Under the pieces are notes generated by a model. That model made no database searches and was not told the DNA's origin. It saw nothing but the letters and a program-made list of their open reading frames with translations. The translations under genes were made by a program, and so were the position numbers. Below, in pieces: positions 19,336-30,906 of a stretch of 64,000 nucleotides of DNA. Origin of the DNA: an uncultured bacterium (GTDB taxonomy: Bacteria; Babelota; Babeliae; Babelales; Babelaceae); assembly GCA_963848965.1 (NCBI GenBank), contig CAWKFG010000004.1:512001-576000 (forward strand), written 5' to 3'. Numbering within the stretch: position 1 is the first letter of the stretch; each line of letters starts with the position of its first letter.

Positions 19336-19759
19336 ATGCCCCTCCGGAAATAAGAAAGATAAGAATTTTTTTCTCAACTTTCCTTAGTATGCCATAGGAT
19401 CGTAAACTTTACTACTGTTACCGAAAGAATGTTTTTTTAGCAGTATTGCCTAATTAAGAAAAATCTTTATACTATGTCAATAGCTATAACTCGGCACAAA
19501 AGAGTTAGCTACATCCTTTTGCTAGGATTTTAAAAAAATTTATAGTAATCCCTTGATTTTTTTCTCAAGAAACAATAGCATAGTCCTAGCTAGGAAGGAA
19601 TTGTAGTAATGAAGCCCTTGCAGTTTCTTCTTATGCTCTCTTATAAAAACACCTTTCCAGAAGGCATTTTATCACTTTCATTATGGAAAAAATTAAATTT
19701 TAGAAAGTGCTGAAACCTACAAAAAGTGTATTTCCTTACCAGAGCTTTAAATTATTATT

Positions 19760-20473
19760 TTATATCGGAAGCCATCTTCTTAGCTCTCTCCACAAAGATT
19801 GTAGACCTTTTGTGTCAAGACCTCTGTTTACCGTCTCTGACCGATATGCTCCTTGGGGACCACTTATTAAAAGAGACCGAGTCTTAAGTACTTCAAACTG
19901 TTTAAGATATTGTTCTGCAATACGTTTATTATCAATAATAAGAACATTTTCTTGATTTCGTGTTGTAGCACGCACTGTAAAATTATATGATCCAGTCCAT
20001 ACAATAGTTTTGTTCATGATATTATCTTCAAAAACACAAAACTTATTGTGCATTAAAGAAGCTTCTCTATCAGCTCCTGTTTGATAGACCCACACAGGAA
20101 TCTTATCATTTGCAAGAAGCGACACTTTACTATATCTATCACCACCATAACCAGGATCTACTACACATTCAACACGTACACCCCGCTTGTGTGCACTTAC
20201 AAATGCTTGTGCTATATCTTTATAAGTAAGCGTATAAATAGCAACACAAATACGTTTCTTTTCTGCAGCAATAAGACTTATTAAAAGTGATTTAATATCA
20301 TCATCAGGCGCAAAAAATGCCTTTGCAATGTTTTGATTTTCATCAACAAGTGTTTTTATCAAATACTGTTCAGGATCTTGAGCTTTATGAATGATATAAG
20401 CAATAGTACCAAATCCTGCTAGTACAAGACAAAACACTCCTACAAGAATAAGTCTACGAAAAAGGGAAATCAT
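19760..20473 (-). CDS. Phospholipase D family protein (single HKD, Nuc/Zucchini-like)
   Basis: MHNKFCVFED...WTGSYNFT...NQEN; N-terminal membrane anchor. Confidence 0.88.
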   Translation of the reverse strand: MISLFRRLILVGVFCLVLAGFGTIAYIIHKAQDPEQYLIKTLVDENQNIAKAFFAPDDDIKSLLISLIAAEKKRICVAIYTLTYKDIAQAFVSAHKRGVRVECVVDPGYGGDRYSKVSLLANDKIPVWVYQTGADREASLMHNKFCVFEDNIMNKTIVWTGSYNFTVRATTRNQENVLIIDNKRIAEQYLKQFEVLKTRSLLISGPQGAYRSETVNRGLDTKGLQSLWRELRRWLPI

Positions 20474-20564
20474 AGTTTTTTCCTTACCAATACTTCCAAG
20501 CATAATATATAAAAGTAGTGTACCGTCTTTAAGACCTTGCAATCAACAATTGCTGCTACTCAAA

Positions 20565-23285
20565 TTAAAACTTCCAACGCATCTCTACTTCACCTGAAAG
20601 CGTTCCTTTATCATCCTTAGTAGCTTTTATGCTTACATCATCTGAGATGCTATACTCTACTTCAACTTGTGTATCATCTGAAAAATTAAGATTATTCTGT
20701 ACTTTTGCTCGTAATCGATCGTTAACGTCAATCTCTAAAGCTCCTTGGAACCCTTTACCCTCTGCAGTTTTGTCGCTCAACGTAGGAATAATACGCACGC
20801 TTTTAAGAGGTTTAAGCATACCTTTTAGATAACGCTGCACTTTTGATGAATTTTCATCTGATCCAAAGAGCAAGCTTTCCATATTTTGCATTATCATATT
20901 TGGCATCACAAGATACAGGCTTCCTTCTTCAGAGCCTGAAAGTAAAAGTGTGATAATCTGCTCTTCCTGCAAGCTTGGTGAAGAGTCAAACGTAATTTTT
21001 GGCTGCTGCAACGATCCTGAAGCATGTAAACTTACCGTATACTTTTTAATTTTATTTTTCGCATGTAATTCAATAGAAGGATCATCAAGCTGATGTGGCA
21101 TAAGATGAATCTTGCCACTTGTTATATACAGCGGTTTATAAGGAAATCCAAGCGATCCTTCAAAAAGCTCAATAACTCCTGAAAGTTCCGGATTAAAAAG
21201 AGTTCCTCTAAGCGCACTATGAACATGTGCTTTTGTTTCAAGAAACGGTGTTTTTACCTCAAGTGGATTACGTGTGTTGAGCTCTATATTAAGATGCACA
21301 TCTTTCTTATATGAAGTTAGTGAGCGTACAGTACCCCCTACAAAATTACGTTGCACTTGTGAAGAGAGAAGGTTACTTCTAAAAGTCGATTTTTCAAGTA
21401 GTATATGTCCCGTACATTCAGAGGCACCGTTCTTATTATAGGTACCAGTAACAGCTCCTGAAAGAAGTCCAAAAAAATCTTTCTGCCAACTTACAAAACA
21501 ATTAAAAAGAGTAAGCGGCACATGGGCATACACAAGCTCTCCATCCTGAGAAAAGGTAAGAGTACTACAAAGCGATCGAGCTCTTCCCTTGTGAAGATAT
21601 ACAATAAGATCTTTCATAAGCACTGTATTATGCAATAAATCGACTTTTATTTCAGTTTGCGCTCCTTTTACAATATTATAAGTATAAGGTACGCGAATAT
21701 TACTGTTTTTAAACGTTATATGACCTGTAAGAACTTTAGATTCATAGTCCCCTTTAACATCTACTTGCCCCTCTCCTGGTAATTCATAGCCATACAGAGC
21801 CTTGACAAAAGATTTTATAGCGCTGTATTCAAGAGTCCCTTCAAGCACCTCTTTTCTCTTAAGCTCTATGAGCGTTTTACCTGTAGTATCTTTATAGTGC
21901 AGTGCTGTAAGTTTTTGTTTCTCACTATCTCCACTAACAATATAGGTACCTGAAGCATGTTTTCCTTCAAGAGAAAAATGATTCCCTTTTAAGTGCCCTG
22001 TTCCTGAAAGCATATGCTTACCTAATTGTGGATGAGATAGCTCTACTGTATAGCGAGTAGAAAGATCAGTATCATGCATATCTATATACCACTGTGATCT
22101 TCTTTGCTCAACACGCACCGAGCATGGCAACTGAATCGGCTGTGTAAGCATAAACTCACCAGTAAAATGCTTTTCTGCAAACGTATAGTTCCATGACCCA
22201 TTACAAGAAACATTGTATGCTTCACCTAACTCTACACTTCCCTGCGCTTGTGCACTATCTCCTTGCGCTATAAGGGTACATTTTTTGATCGGTACTTCTT
22301 TGTAAAGTATATTTTCAGCAAAGCAGCTTCCTGAATACTGTAACTTCCCTGCTTGATATACTATATGGCTTGAAAAAGAGCTATCTCCTTGTGCCTGTTG
22401 TAATGCCGAATCTAAAGAAAAAAGCTGAGCAAACACAGGCAGAGCTCCTTGTGCTTGTATATCAAAATCCCATTTACCATTATGATACTCCATATGTATT
22501 ACCTTGGCGTGTATTAAACGATCGTTATGATAAAACTCTCCAGAACCACTACCATTCTTATACGTGCCAAAACAGATAATTCGTTTCTGAGTAAGATTAA
22601 GGTAAGGAATATCGGCTGCAAGATGAAATTTAACTCCTATATTTCGAGGTTGTGCATCTGGTATATCGAGCGTACAGGTACCTGAAATTTTTTGAGCATA
22701 TGCAACTCCTTTTTGCTTAATAAGACCATCTACACAAAAGAAGTTTGTAGAAACTGCTGCTTCACGATTTGAAGTTGTGCTTGAGAAAAGCAGAGTAAGC
22801 TCTCGTGCTGTCTCTTTTTCATAAGCCTTTAAAGAAGCTTTTTGCACAATACACTGCTTAAGCTTTAAAGGAACAGATGATGGCGCATTTATCAAAGCCA
22901 TAAAAGGCTCATTAATTGCAAGCGCAGAATCCTTTATCTCTGATTCAACTGCCGGCTGATAAAAGGTTATATTCGTAGAAAAGAGAGAGTGCATAAGAAA
23001 GCTAAACCAGGAAAAGTGGACACTCATAAGCGGACAGGTAAACGACCACCTTCCTTGTGGATCTTCTGCTTTAATATTCTCAAAAAAGACCTCTCCTGCC
23101 AAAAGATTAATCTTTTTAATAGTGCAGAGAAAGGGAGCACGAATAATTTCGCTAAAGCTATCTCTTAATGTATGCTCAAGCTTCGTTCTGAGCCATACAT
23201 CTTGCTCAAGGATAATAAAAGCACAGAATAACCCTAATAAAAGGGCTCCATGAACTCGCACAATAACTTTAAGATATCTTTTCAC
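20565..23285 (-). CDS. tamB: Translocation/assembly module TamB-like protein
   Basis: N-terminal TM, beta-rich body, C-terminal DUF490-like (SSPSLQEEQIITLLL...EYSISDD...EMRWKF). Confidence 0.75.
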   Translation of the reverse strand: MKRYLKVIVRVHGALLLGLFCAFIILEQDVWLRTKLEHTLRDSFSEIIRAPFLCTIKKINLLAGEVFFENIKAEDPQGRWSFTCPLMSVHFSWFSFLMHSLFSTNITFYQPAVESEIKDSALAINEPFMALINAPSSVPLKLKQCIVQKASLKAYEKETARELTLLFSSTTSNREAAVSTNFFCVDGLIKQKGVAYAQKISGTCTLDIPDAQPRNIGVKFHLAADIPYLNLTQKRIICFGTYKNGSGSGEFYHNDRLIHAKVIHMEYHNGKWDFDIQAQGALPVFAQLFSLDSALQQAQGDSSFSSHIVYQAGKLQYSGSCFAENILYKEVPIKKCTLIAQGDSAQAQGSVELGEAYNVSCNGSWNYTFAEKHFTGEFMLTQPIQLPCSVRVEQRRSQWYIDMHDTDLSTRYTVELSHPQLGKHMLSGTGHLKGNHFSLEGKHASGTYIVSGDSEKQKLTALHYKDTTGKTLIELKRKEVLEGTLEYSAIKSFVKALYGYELPGEGQVDVKGDYESKVLTGHITFKNSNIRVPYTYNIVKGAQTEIKVDLLHNTVLMKDLIVYLHKGRARSLCSTLTFSQDGELVYAHVPLTLFNCFVSWQKDFFGLLSGAVTGTYNKNGASECTGHILLEKSTFRSNLLSSQVQRNFVGGTVRSLTSYKKDVHLNIELNTRNPLEVKTPFLETKAHVHSALRGTLFNPELSGVIELFEGSLGFPYKPLYITSGKIHLMPHQLDDPSIELHAKNKIKKYTVSLHASGSLQQPKITFDSSPSLQEEQIITLLLSGSEEGSLYLVMPNMIMQNMESLLFGSDENSSKVQRYLKGMLKPLKSVRIIPTLSDKTAEGKGFQGALEIDVNDRLRAKVQNNLNFSDDTQVEVEYSISDDVSIKATKDDKGTLSGEVEMRWKF

Positions 23286-23593
23286 ATTTGTAACCGATCT
23301 ATAAAAAACACCTACTATTCTAGTGTAAAGGAAAGGGGAAAATTGAGCAAAAGCAATAAAAATGAGGAGGATGTACTTACTCCTGATTCAACAAAAACTT
23401 AAAACTAATAATTATGTGCTTATGATTGTTATCTCCTTGATTTGTTCACGTCCAAGATAGTACGAAGCACCCATAAAAGTTATAATTACACTATCTATTG
23501 TGCATGTTCAACAGGATTCTTTTTTGACTAAATTAACAAATTTAACTACAATAAACAATAAATTATTTCATGTTAGTAAAAATTGGGTATGCT

Positions 23594-25723
23594 ATGTATT
23601 TTTTTAACAAACAAAACGTTCTCTTATCTATCTTATCTCTTTGCGCATTATGGAACATACGTGCAATGGAAGTAGAAAAAACTCGTGACGAACCTATGAC
23701 CTTAGTTGAGGCTCTGAAAAGCCGTAATCTTAGCAAGGCACAATTTTTCTTACAGCAAAGTGCTGATATTAATACGCCAGACGAGCAAGGTCAAACTCCT
23801 TTAATGCTTGCTGCTCAATGGGGAGAAGATTCCTTAGTAAAAAGTCTTATAGCACAAGGGGCACATGTAAACGATAAAGATATGTGTAAGGCCTCCGCCT
23901 TGCTAAAAGCAGCAGAACAAGGTCATAAAGATATAGTAGAGGTACTTATAGCTCATGATGCTGAAATTAATACTCAAGATATGTGGGGTAATACAGCACT
24001 ATTATTGGCTACAAAAAATGACTGTGAAAGTGTAGTAACTACCCTTTTACAAGCAGGAGCAAATAGCACCATAAAAAATGCACTTGGACACACTGCCCTT
24101 TTAGAAGCAATAATAAGAAAGCGGAACAATATTAGAAGAAGAATTAAAGGAGGTACATTAGGAGAACTACTTATCGCTCATGGCGCAAATGTTAATGCTC
24201 AAGATAACAAGGGCCGCTCTGCTCTCATGGTCTCCAGTCAAGATAATGATGTAAAGCTCGTTATTAAGCTACTCAATGCAGGAGCATCCCTCTCTTTACA
24301 AGACAACGAACAACGAGATGTTTTCTTTTATGCTTGTCATAATGCCCTTATTACACGTTTATTAACTTCTTGGGTACATAAAGAGCATCCAGAAAAAGTG
24401 CTTATGCATATAGCACAAGAGGGAAACTACCAACAAGTACTTCAGCTCATACAAGCAGGAGTAAGCATACGAGAACTTATACACTCAGAAGAAGGATTAA
24501 AAGCCCTTTTTGCAGCAACTACTTATAACAATCGCTTCCACTTAGGACAACTTCTCATTAATGCAGGATTTAGTGCAGAAGACCTCTATGAATTTGCTCG
24601 AATACACAACTATACTGAGATACTACCGTCCGTTACACCACCCTTTTCGCATGAAAAATGGGGCTACCTTACACGGTTACCACAAGAGCTACGATATGAA
24701 CTTTCTTATTACTTACAACCGCCTTCTTACCGTATTACACAGATCAATCAAAAATATTTGCAAGCAGCTCTTGATGTCATTTCTTTAGTGATTCATTCAA
24801 AACAGTATGCTCTTTTTAATGCTATTCTAGCTGGAAATCAAGAAGCCTTAAATACCAGTGCTCAATTTTTTGAACTTTTGACATATGCAGCTCTTTTAGG
24901 AAATCACGATGCAGTTAAGTTACTTTTAAAGCGTACTAACAACCTTGATGCAGCCACTAACTCCATACTCACACCACTTATTGCTGCAAGCGCTGAAGGA
25001 CACTCAGATATAGTAAAGACGCTCATAGATGCAGGAGCTGATGTTAATGTAGGAAATTACCAAGGTAATACAGCTTTCACCTATGCAACAGAATTTGGCC
25101 ATACTACTTGTATAAATCTTCTTAAGGCGCATATCATTGACAATAATCATCATACTACCTCTGCTCTACCTCCTTTACTTTCTATTTCAGAACTTATAAA
25201 AACCCCTGGATTTTTACAGTATGTAGAGCACCTTGAAATTTATCTAAACATTGATAAATCTTTTGAGAGAACCAAGCGTACTGCCGAGGGTGCACAGAAA
25301 GGGGTAAACACTCTACTTAAAAGAGAAGCCATAAGCAAACAGACAGTGCTTATGTGGGCCTGTATGTTTGGTCATACACAAATAGTACAATCGCTGCTTA
25401 AGCGAGGGGTTCCTCAATGGTATATTAATGCCCAGGATAAATATGGTCGTACAGCACTTATGTATGCTATACTCTTTGGAAGAGCTGATATTGTGAAAGA
25501 ACTTTTACCTTATTGTGGAAATGGCGCTAACCTTAAGGACTTTACTTATAACAGCGCTCTTATTTATGCAATAAGAACAGAAAACATGCGTATAATAGAG
25601 GAACTTTTAAGGGGACGAGTAAAAGTCTCTGTACAAGCACTTAAGCTTGCAGCCCAGATGGAAAATAATATCGCTACTATTTTAGTTTTCCGTCATTTAG
25701 GATTACCACGCATATTTTTCTAA
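23594..25723 (+). CDS. Secreted ankyrin-repeat protein with internal F-box-like motif
   Basis: Signal ending IRA-MEV; many ankyrin repeats; GYLTRLPQELRYEL. Confidence 0.88.
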   Translation: MYFFNKQNVLLSILSLCALWNIRAMEVEKTRDEPMTLVEALKSRNLSKAQFFLQQSADINTPDEQGQTPLMLAAQWGEDSLVKSLIAQGAHVNDKDMCKASALLKAAEQGHKDIVEVLIAHDAEINTQDMWGNTALLLATKNDCESVVTTLLQAGANSTIKNALGHTALLEAIIRKRNNIRRRIKGGTLGELLIAHGANVNAQDNKGRSALMVSSQDNDVKLVIKLLNAGASLSLQDNEQRDVFFYACHNALITRLLTSWVHKEHPEKVLMHIAQEGNYQQVLQLIQAGVSIRELIHSEEGLKALFAATTYNNRFHLGQLLINAGFSAEDLYEFARIHNYTEILPSVTPPFSHEKWGYLTRLPQELRYELSYYLQPPSYRITQINQKYLQAALDVISLVIHSKQYALFNAILAGNQEALNTSAQFFELLTYAALLGNHDAVKLLLKRTNNLDAATNSILTPLIAASAEGHSDIVKTLIDAGADVNVGNYQGNTAFTYATEFGHTTCINLLKAHIIDNNHHTTSALPPLLSISELIKTPGFLQYVEHLEIYLNIDKSFERTKRTAEGAQKGVNTLLKREAISKQTVLMWACMFGHTQIVQSLLKRGVPQWYINAQDKYGRTALMYAILFGRADIVKELLPYCGNGANLKDFTYNSALIYAIRTENMRIIEELLRGRVKVSVQALKLAAQMENNIATILVFRHLGLPRIFF

Positions 25724-25851
25724 TGTGCTTTGCTCAGTAGACTATTCTTTTGAGAAAGATTCTTACTAGCGCCAAGAACAGTAAATTTTGCTGTTCTTGT
25801 AGTTATTCCTGTATTATAAACCTGCCTTGTAAGAGCTCATCACAACAAGTG

Positions 25852-26346
25852 CTACTCAAGCAGTATCCATCTATTTTTATAGGTATAGCGGCGAAGGTAA
25901 GGAACCTGAGAAATACCTGATGTAAGTGCATACAAACAAGAATGTTTATGATCTGTTAAATACACTGCACCAGAGCTTATAGTACCATCAGGATAGAAAA
26001 TAGCTTTATGTTCTACAAATGTTATAGAATCTTTAAGAGTATATACAGCATCTGAAGGTGGTCCTTTGACATCCTTTCGAATACCAAAGCGTACAGCTGG
26101 AGTAAGCTTAGTGCATTGTGTATCAGCAGTATAGCTATGCTCTTTAAGATTGAACGTGAGAACTTTTTGTTTCTGCTCACTACAAGCTCGTGCCTGCACG
26201 TAAAGCATGCAAGCACGTAATTTTTCTAGCTCTGCTCGTACATAAGCAGTATCTGTTACCCTTATAAATGAGAGTGAAAAAGCAGTGATAATACTAAACA
26301 GCATTATTACTACAAGAACTTCAAAAAGAGCAAATCCCCATCTCAC
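25852..26346 (-). CDS. Pseudopilin/minor pilin (GspH/FimT-like)
   Basis: Prepilin motif GFALFEVLVV; FYPDGTISSG. Confidence 0.8.
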   Translation of the reverse strand: MRWGFALFEVLVVIMLFSIITAFSLSFIRVTDTAYVRAELEKLRACMLYVQARACSEQKQKVLTFNLKEHSYTADTQCTKLTPAVRFGIRKDVKGPPSDAVYTLKDSITFVEHKAIFYPDGTISSGAVYLTDHKHSCLYALTSGISQVPYLRRYTYKNRWILLE

Positions 26347-28052
26347 GCATCTACTCTATCTTGTGAAGATGCAACAGAAAGCACTTCTTCAATAGTAGTA
26401 ACACCCTGCTTAATTCTGCGAATACCATCATCAATCAAAAGAGACATACCATCTTTTACAGCTTGTGCTTGAATAAGCGCTGTATCTGAACGTTCTAATG
26501 TAAGACGTGCGATCGGTTGTGTCATTACCATTATCTCAAAGATAGCCATTCGTCCTTTATATCCCGTTTGTGAACATTCTTCACAGCCTACTGGCTCATA
26601 GAACGTAATATTCTTAATCTCTTTTGGATTAATAGGAAGTCGCTTAAGAGCTTCTGGTGTTGGCTTATACTGTCGTTTACAGTTTTCACAGAGTCTACGC
26701 ACAAGACGCTGTGCTACTACTGCAATAATCGTAGAAGCTATAAGAAACGGCTCTATACCCATATCTATTAAACGAGTTATAGTCGCTGCAGCACTATTAG
26801 TATGTAAGGTACTTAATACAAGGTGACCAGTAAGTGCTGACTGAATAGCAATTTGGGCCGTTTCTTGGTCACGAGTTTCACCGATCATTATAATATCAGG
26901 GTCTTGTCGCAAAATAGAACGTAATGCGGCTGCAAAAGTAAGCCCTATACTCTCTTTTACCTGCACCTGGCCAATGCCTGCCATTTGATATTCAACAGGA
27001 TCTTCTACTGTTACAATATTTACTTCAAGAGAGTTAAGAGTACCTAAGATTGAGTAGAGAGTAGAGGTTTTACCAGAACCAGTAGGACCGGTGATTAAGA
27101 GAATTCCGTTTGGCTGCGAGATAGCATTTTTAATAACGCTATAATCGCGCTCACTAAAGCCTAGTCTATCCAGAGCTCCAAATGTTCTCGTTTTATCTAA
27201 AAGACGCATAACTACCCGCTCACCAAATGTTACTGGAAGAACGGATACACGAATATCAATAGCTTTATCTGCTATTTTAATTTGAATACGACCATCTTGA
27301 GGAATACGTTTCTCTGCAATATTAAGATTCGCCATAATTTTAATACGAGAAATTAAGGCTGCCTGTGCTCGCTTTGGTGGCGTAAACGCAGGATACATAA
27401 TACCATCAATACGATACCTTATACGCACCTCTTTTTCAAAAGGCTCTATATGGATATCAGAAGCACCGCGCTTTACTGCTTGATAAAAAATATGGTTTAC
27501 AAGCTTAATAATAGGAGCTTCGCTTGCCATACCAAGAATATCTTCTTCTTGAATAGTACCAAAATCAAGCTGATCAGCAATTTCTTTTTCCTCTTCAAGC
27601 TCTTCAATCATTTGCTTAGTGCCTTCAAGAGGATAATATCTATTAATTGCATCGATAATGATATTACGTGTAGATACTGCAGTGCGCACATCACCTTCTA
27701 GTAAAAGCGTAAGCTCGTCTATTGGCTGAAAATCAGTAGGATGTGCAGTAACAATAGTAATATGATCATTATAGAACACAGGTATAACACTATGCTCTCG
27801 CAAGAATCTCAGAGGTATCTTTGACAATAAGTCTGGATCAGCCATTTTTTCTGAAATACTTTCAATATAAAGAATACCAAACTGCTCAGCATAGGCTCGA
27901 GCAAGATCTTCATCTTTAACTAATGAATGAGCACGCAAATAATCTTCAAGCGACCGGTGCTCTGCATTACTTGCATTTTGATAATCTTCTATTTCTATAG
28001 GGGTAAAGAGTTTTTTATCAACAAGAATTTGTGCTAAACTTTTTCGTACCAT
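26343..28052 (-). CDS. gspE: Type II secretion/type IV pilus assembly ATPase GspE/PilB
   Basis: ASDIHIEP, GPTGSGKT, TVEDPVEY, LRQDPDIIMIGETRD, LSTLHTN, CxxC pairs. Confidence 0.93.
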   Translation of the reverse strand: MVRKSLAQILVDKKLFTPIEIEDYQNASNAEHRSLEDYLRAHSLVKDEDLARAYAEQFGILYIESISEKMADPDLLSKIPLRFLREHSVIPVFYNDHITIVTAHPTDFQPIDELTLLLEGDVRTAVSTRNIIIDAINRYYPLEGTKQMIEELEEEKEIADQLDFGTIQEEDILGMASEAPIIKLVNHIFYQAVKRGASDIHIEPFEKEVRIRYRIDGIMYPAFTPPKRAQAALISRIKIMANLNIAEKRIPQDGRIQIKIADKAIDIRVSVLPVTFGERVVMRLLDKTRTFGALDRLGFSERDYSVIKNAISQPNGILLITGPTGSGKTSTLYSILGTLNSLEVNIVTVEDPVEYQMAGIGQVQVKESIGLTFAAALRSILRQDPDIIMIGETRDQETAQIAIQSALTGHLVLSTLHTNSAAATITRLIDMGIEPFLIASTIIAVVAQRLVRRLCENCKRQYKPTPEALKRLPINPKEIKNITFYEPVGCEECSQTGYKGRMAIFEIMVMTQPIARLTLERSDTALIQAQAVKDGMSLLIDDGIRRIKQGVTTIEEVLSVASSQDRVDA

Positions 28053-28639
28053 ACATTACTCCATTGGTATGTTCTTGGTTAACCATACCATACTCTCTTG
28101 TTTGTTGATAGAGAGTATCTTACACTTTTATGGATCTTAGTATTATTAACCTTACTATTTTATAGACTATATGTTCATAAATAAGCAAAGCTTTTTCATA
28201 GCCTTCTCCTTCTTTTGTCTTCATACAAACCTATTCGTATATCTAAACAGTACTCCCTACATCACGCTTCTTATGAAAGCACAAAAGCAGATCTGCCTTA
28301 TATAAAAATCGACTTAACAGGTCACAAGCCGATTAATGATCAGCTCTCTTCTAAAGCCGAAATCTACAGAGCAAAAAAACATTTTTAGACGCTCGTCCTA
28401 CAGCTTCACGATTAGATCTTGTAGAAACTCATATACCTTCACCGCAAGAGCGTTTTACACACGAGAGAAAAGAGATAACAGAATGGAGCAAAAGAATAAA
28501 AGAACAAAGCTAAGCTTATATGTATAGTATACTATTTTTTTAAAAAAATGTCTATACTGAAGAGCTTTCTCCTCAAGTTGCTCACACTGAAAAAAGCAAA
28601 AAAGTCCCAGAATTATCTGAGGCTCTTAGCTCTATGTTT

Positions 28640-29761
28640 TCAATGAGCAGAAGACATGCTATGACTAAGGATTTCTTTGATCTTATTCACTTCTTGTATA
28701 ACGCTAAAAAAAGGATCGTATTTTACATACATTAAAGCGGTTAAACCTTTCTTATCTGTAATATGAGGATTTGCACCACGAGCTAATAACAGTTCTATGA
28801 CTTGCGTATTATTATTTTCTGCAGCAATCATAAGAGCTGTCTTACCCTTATTGTCTTGTGCATTAATACAACAATCTGCACCACGATCTAGTACTAATCT
28901 TACTATTTCTTCATTGCCTTGAGCTGCAGCAACCATTAAAACAGTTAAACCTTCATTAGTTTTAGCAGCAACATCAGCTTTATTATCTAAGAACATTTCT
29001 ACTATGTCTTTACGTCCACTTCCTACAGCATCCATTAAGGCACATCCAGCCTGACTTGTTCGTGCATTAACATGCGCCCCTTTCTTGAGAGCTAGTTCTA
29101 CTACTTTTTCATAGCCTTTTGCTGCAGCAACCATTAAAGGAGTAATGCCATCTTCGCTAAAAAAAGAATTTGATTTATACGTAATATTAACATCTGCACC
29201 GGCATCTATAAGCAGCAGTAATACCTCTTTATTATCTACATTTGCTTGTGCTGACAGTGCAAACGTCAAAGCTGTAAAGGTATCTTTTGCTCTATGATTA
29301 ACATCCGCTTTTGCTTGAAGAAGAAGTTTTACTATCTGCAGGTAATTTCGACCAGACGCTTCCATAAGAGCAGTATAGCCTCTAGAATCACATGCATTCA
29401 CATCAGCTCCTGCTTGCAAAAGCAATTCTACTATTTTTACATGACCTTCGTTACATAGCTTTCTTGAAGCAACTGCCACTAATAAAGGAAGCCTAGCTTG
29501 GTCATTGAGATCATGTGCAAATGCAGCATTAGGATTACCACCTTGCTTTAGGAATTGCTCTAGTATCTGGGGAAAACCTCCACTTATAGCGGTAAAAAGG
29601 TTTGAATGATAGGGAACTAGATCCTCTTTGCTTATCTTAGGCTTTTTACAAACGTCAGTGTACTTAAGTTCTCCTTTATCACTCGTTGTCTTGTCTTCTT
29701 CCATACCCCACATATACCAAGAAGCGAGAAAAGGAAGGACAAATAGTATTATTTTTATCAT
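28640..29761 (-). CDS. Secreted ankyrin-repeat protein
   Basis: Signal ending MWG-MEE; about 8 ankyrin repeats. Confidence 0.9.
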   Translation of the reverse strand: MIKIILFVLPFLASWYMWGMEEDKTTSDKGELKYTDVCKKPKISKEDLVPYHSNLFTAISGGFPQILEQFLKQGGNPNAAFAHDLNDQARLPLLVAVASRKLCNEGHVKIVELLLQAGADVNACDSRGYTALMEASGRNYLQIVKLLLQAKADVNHRAKDTFTALTFALSAQANVDNKEVLLLLIDAGADVNITYKSNSFFSEDGITPLMVAAAKGYEKVVELALKKGAHVNARTSQAGCALMDAVGSGRKDIVEMFLDNKADVAAKTNEGLTVLMVAAAQGNEEIVRLVLDRGADCCINAQDNKGKTALMIAAENNNTQVIELLLARGANPHITDKKGLTALMYVKYDPFFSVIQEVNKIKEILSHSMSSAH

Positions 29762-29958
29762 TATAGAGCCCTTTTTAATTATAAAGATCCGAAATAATCA
29801 TTTTTATCTATCATTCTATGCCATTTATCATATTTGTCAATAAATCCATGCGACTCTTTTTTAAGGAATTGAAGCTGAAAATCATTCCCTACTTGCTGCA
29901 AAGTTAATCATGTGGTACCTTAAAAGAAAGATAATTAACTCTCTAACTAGTGTAATTT

Positions 29959-30906
29959 ATGGATAAAAATCTACGTGCTTTACTTTGTATTACCCCTCTT
30001 ATTTTACTTACAAGTTGTACAACAAAACAGACAAAATTTTATCAAAGCAACTATACTCGCAGTCACCAGCCTGGTGGCAGTCAAGAAACTACCACAGAGC
30101 CAGCTCCAACACCACTAGCTCATGTGACACGGCGTACAAAGCAGAGTTCTTTTACCCCCATAGTTCACCACGATCCACACATAAAGGCTCCTTCCAAGTC
30201 CATTAAAGATATGAGCTTTAAAGAAGCTTTACAAGCAAAAGCATATCATCAAAAAATGCAAAATTCTGATATGATGATAAGATGTGCGCAACGGATGCTT
30301 GCAGTAGGTGGTGATCCTGAAGAGATGCGTAAAACACGCTTAGAACTCTCAGAGCTGTTTTTAGATAAAAATGATTATAAAGAAGCTGAAAAGTATGCAC
30401 TTGAATATCAAAAGCACTATCCTGGAAGTACTGAAGCTCTTGTTGCAGGATATACTGCTATTAAATCAAACTTTTTATCAAAGTTAAGTTCTGATAGAGA
30501 TCAAACAAAAACAGAAGCGACTATAAAGCTTTCTCAAGCATTTCTTGAAAAATATCCGCAGAATACTGAATATACGCAAAGCGTTAAAGATATGATGGAA
30601 GTATGCTATAAAGATCTCCTTGAAAGTGAAGTACATGTTATTAAGGCACAGCTTAATAAGTACAACATCACAAAAAGGGAAGCAGTACTCAGTGGTGCAC
30701 ATAAACGCATAGCGTATATCAAGGAAAAACTTCTTCCTCATGTACAAACTGAAACACCTCGTATTTTAGAGCTTGAGCTTACACTTGCACAAGTTACTGG
30801 CAAGCAAGAAATCATAAAGGCAAAAGAAGAAGAACTACGCGCTAAGTTTCCTGAACATAGCACTCTGCTTGCCCAAGCTTCTAAAAAATGGTGGCAGATA
30901 TTTTAA
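29959..30906 (+). CDS. bamD: Outer membrane assembly lipoprotein BamD-like
   Basis: Lipobox LTSC; TPR helices with YPGS, DRDQTKT, FLEKYP. Confidence 0.75.
   Translation: MDKNLRALLCITPLILLTSCTTKQTKFYQSNYTRSHQPGGSQETTTEPAPTPLAHVTRRTKQSSFTPIVHHDPHIKAPSKSIKDMSFKEALQAKAYHQKMQNSDMMIRCAQRMLAVGGDPEEMRKTRLELSELFLDKNDYKEAEKYALEYQKHYPGSTEALVAGYTAIKSNFLSKLSSDRDQTKTEATIKLSQAFLEKYPQNTEYTQSVKDMMEVCYKDLLESEVHVIKAQLNKYNITKREAVLSGAHKRIAYIKEKLLPHVQTETPRILELELTLAQVTGKQEIIKAKEEELRAKFPEHSTLLAQASKKWWQIF

Noticed and set aside
28171..28527. Possible fragmented secreted gene
   Set aside because: Short ORFs in shifting frames with no recognisable product
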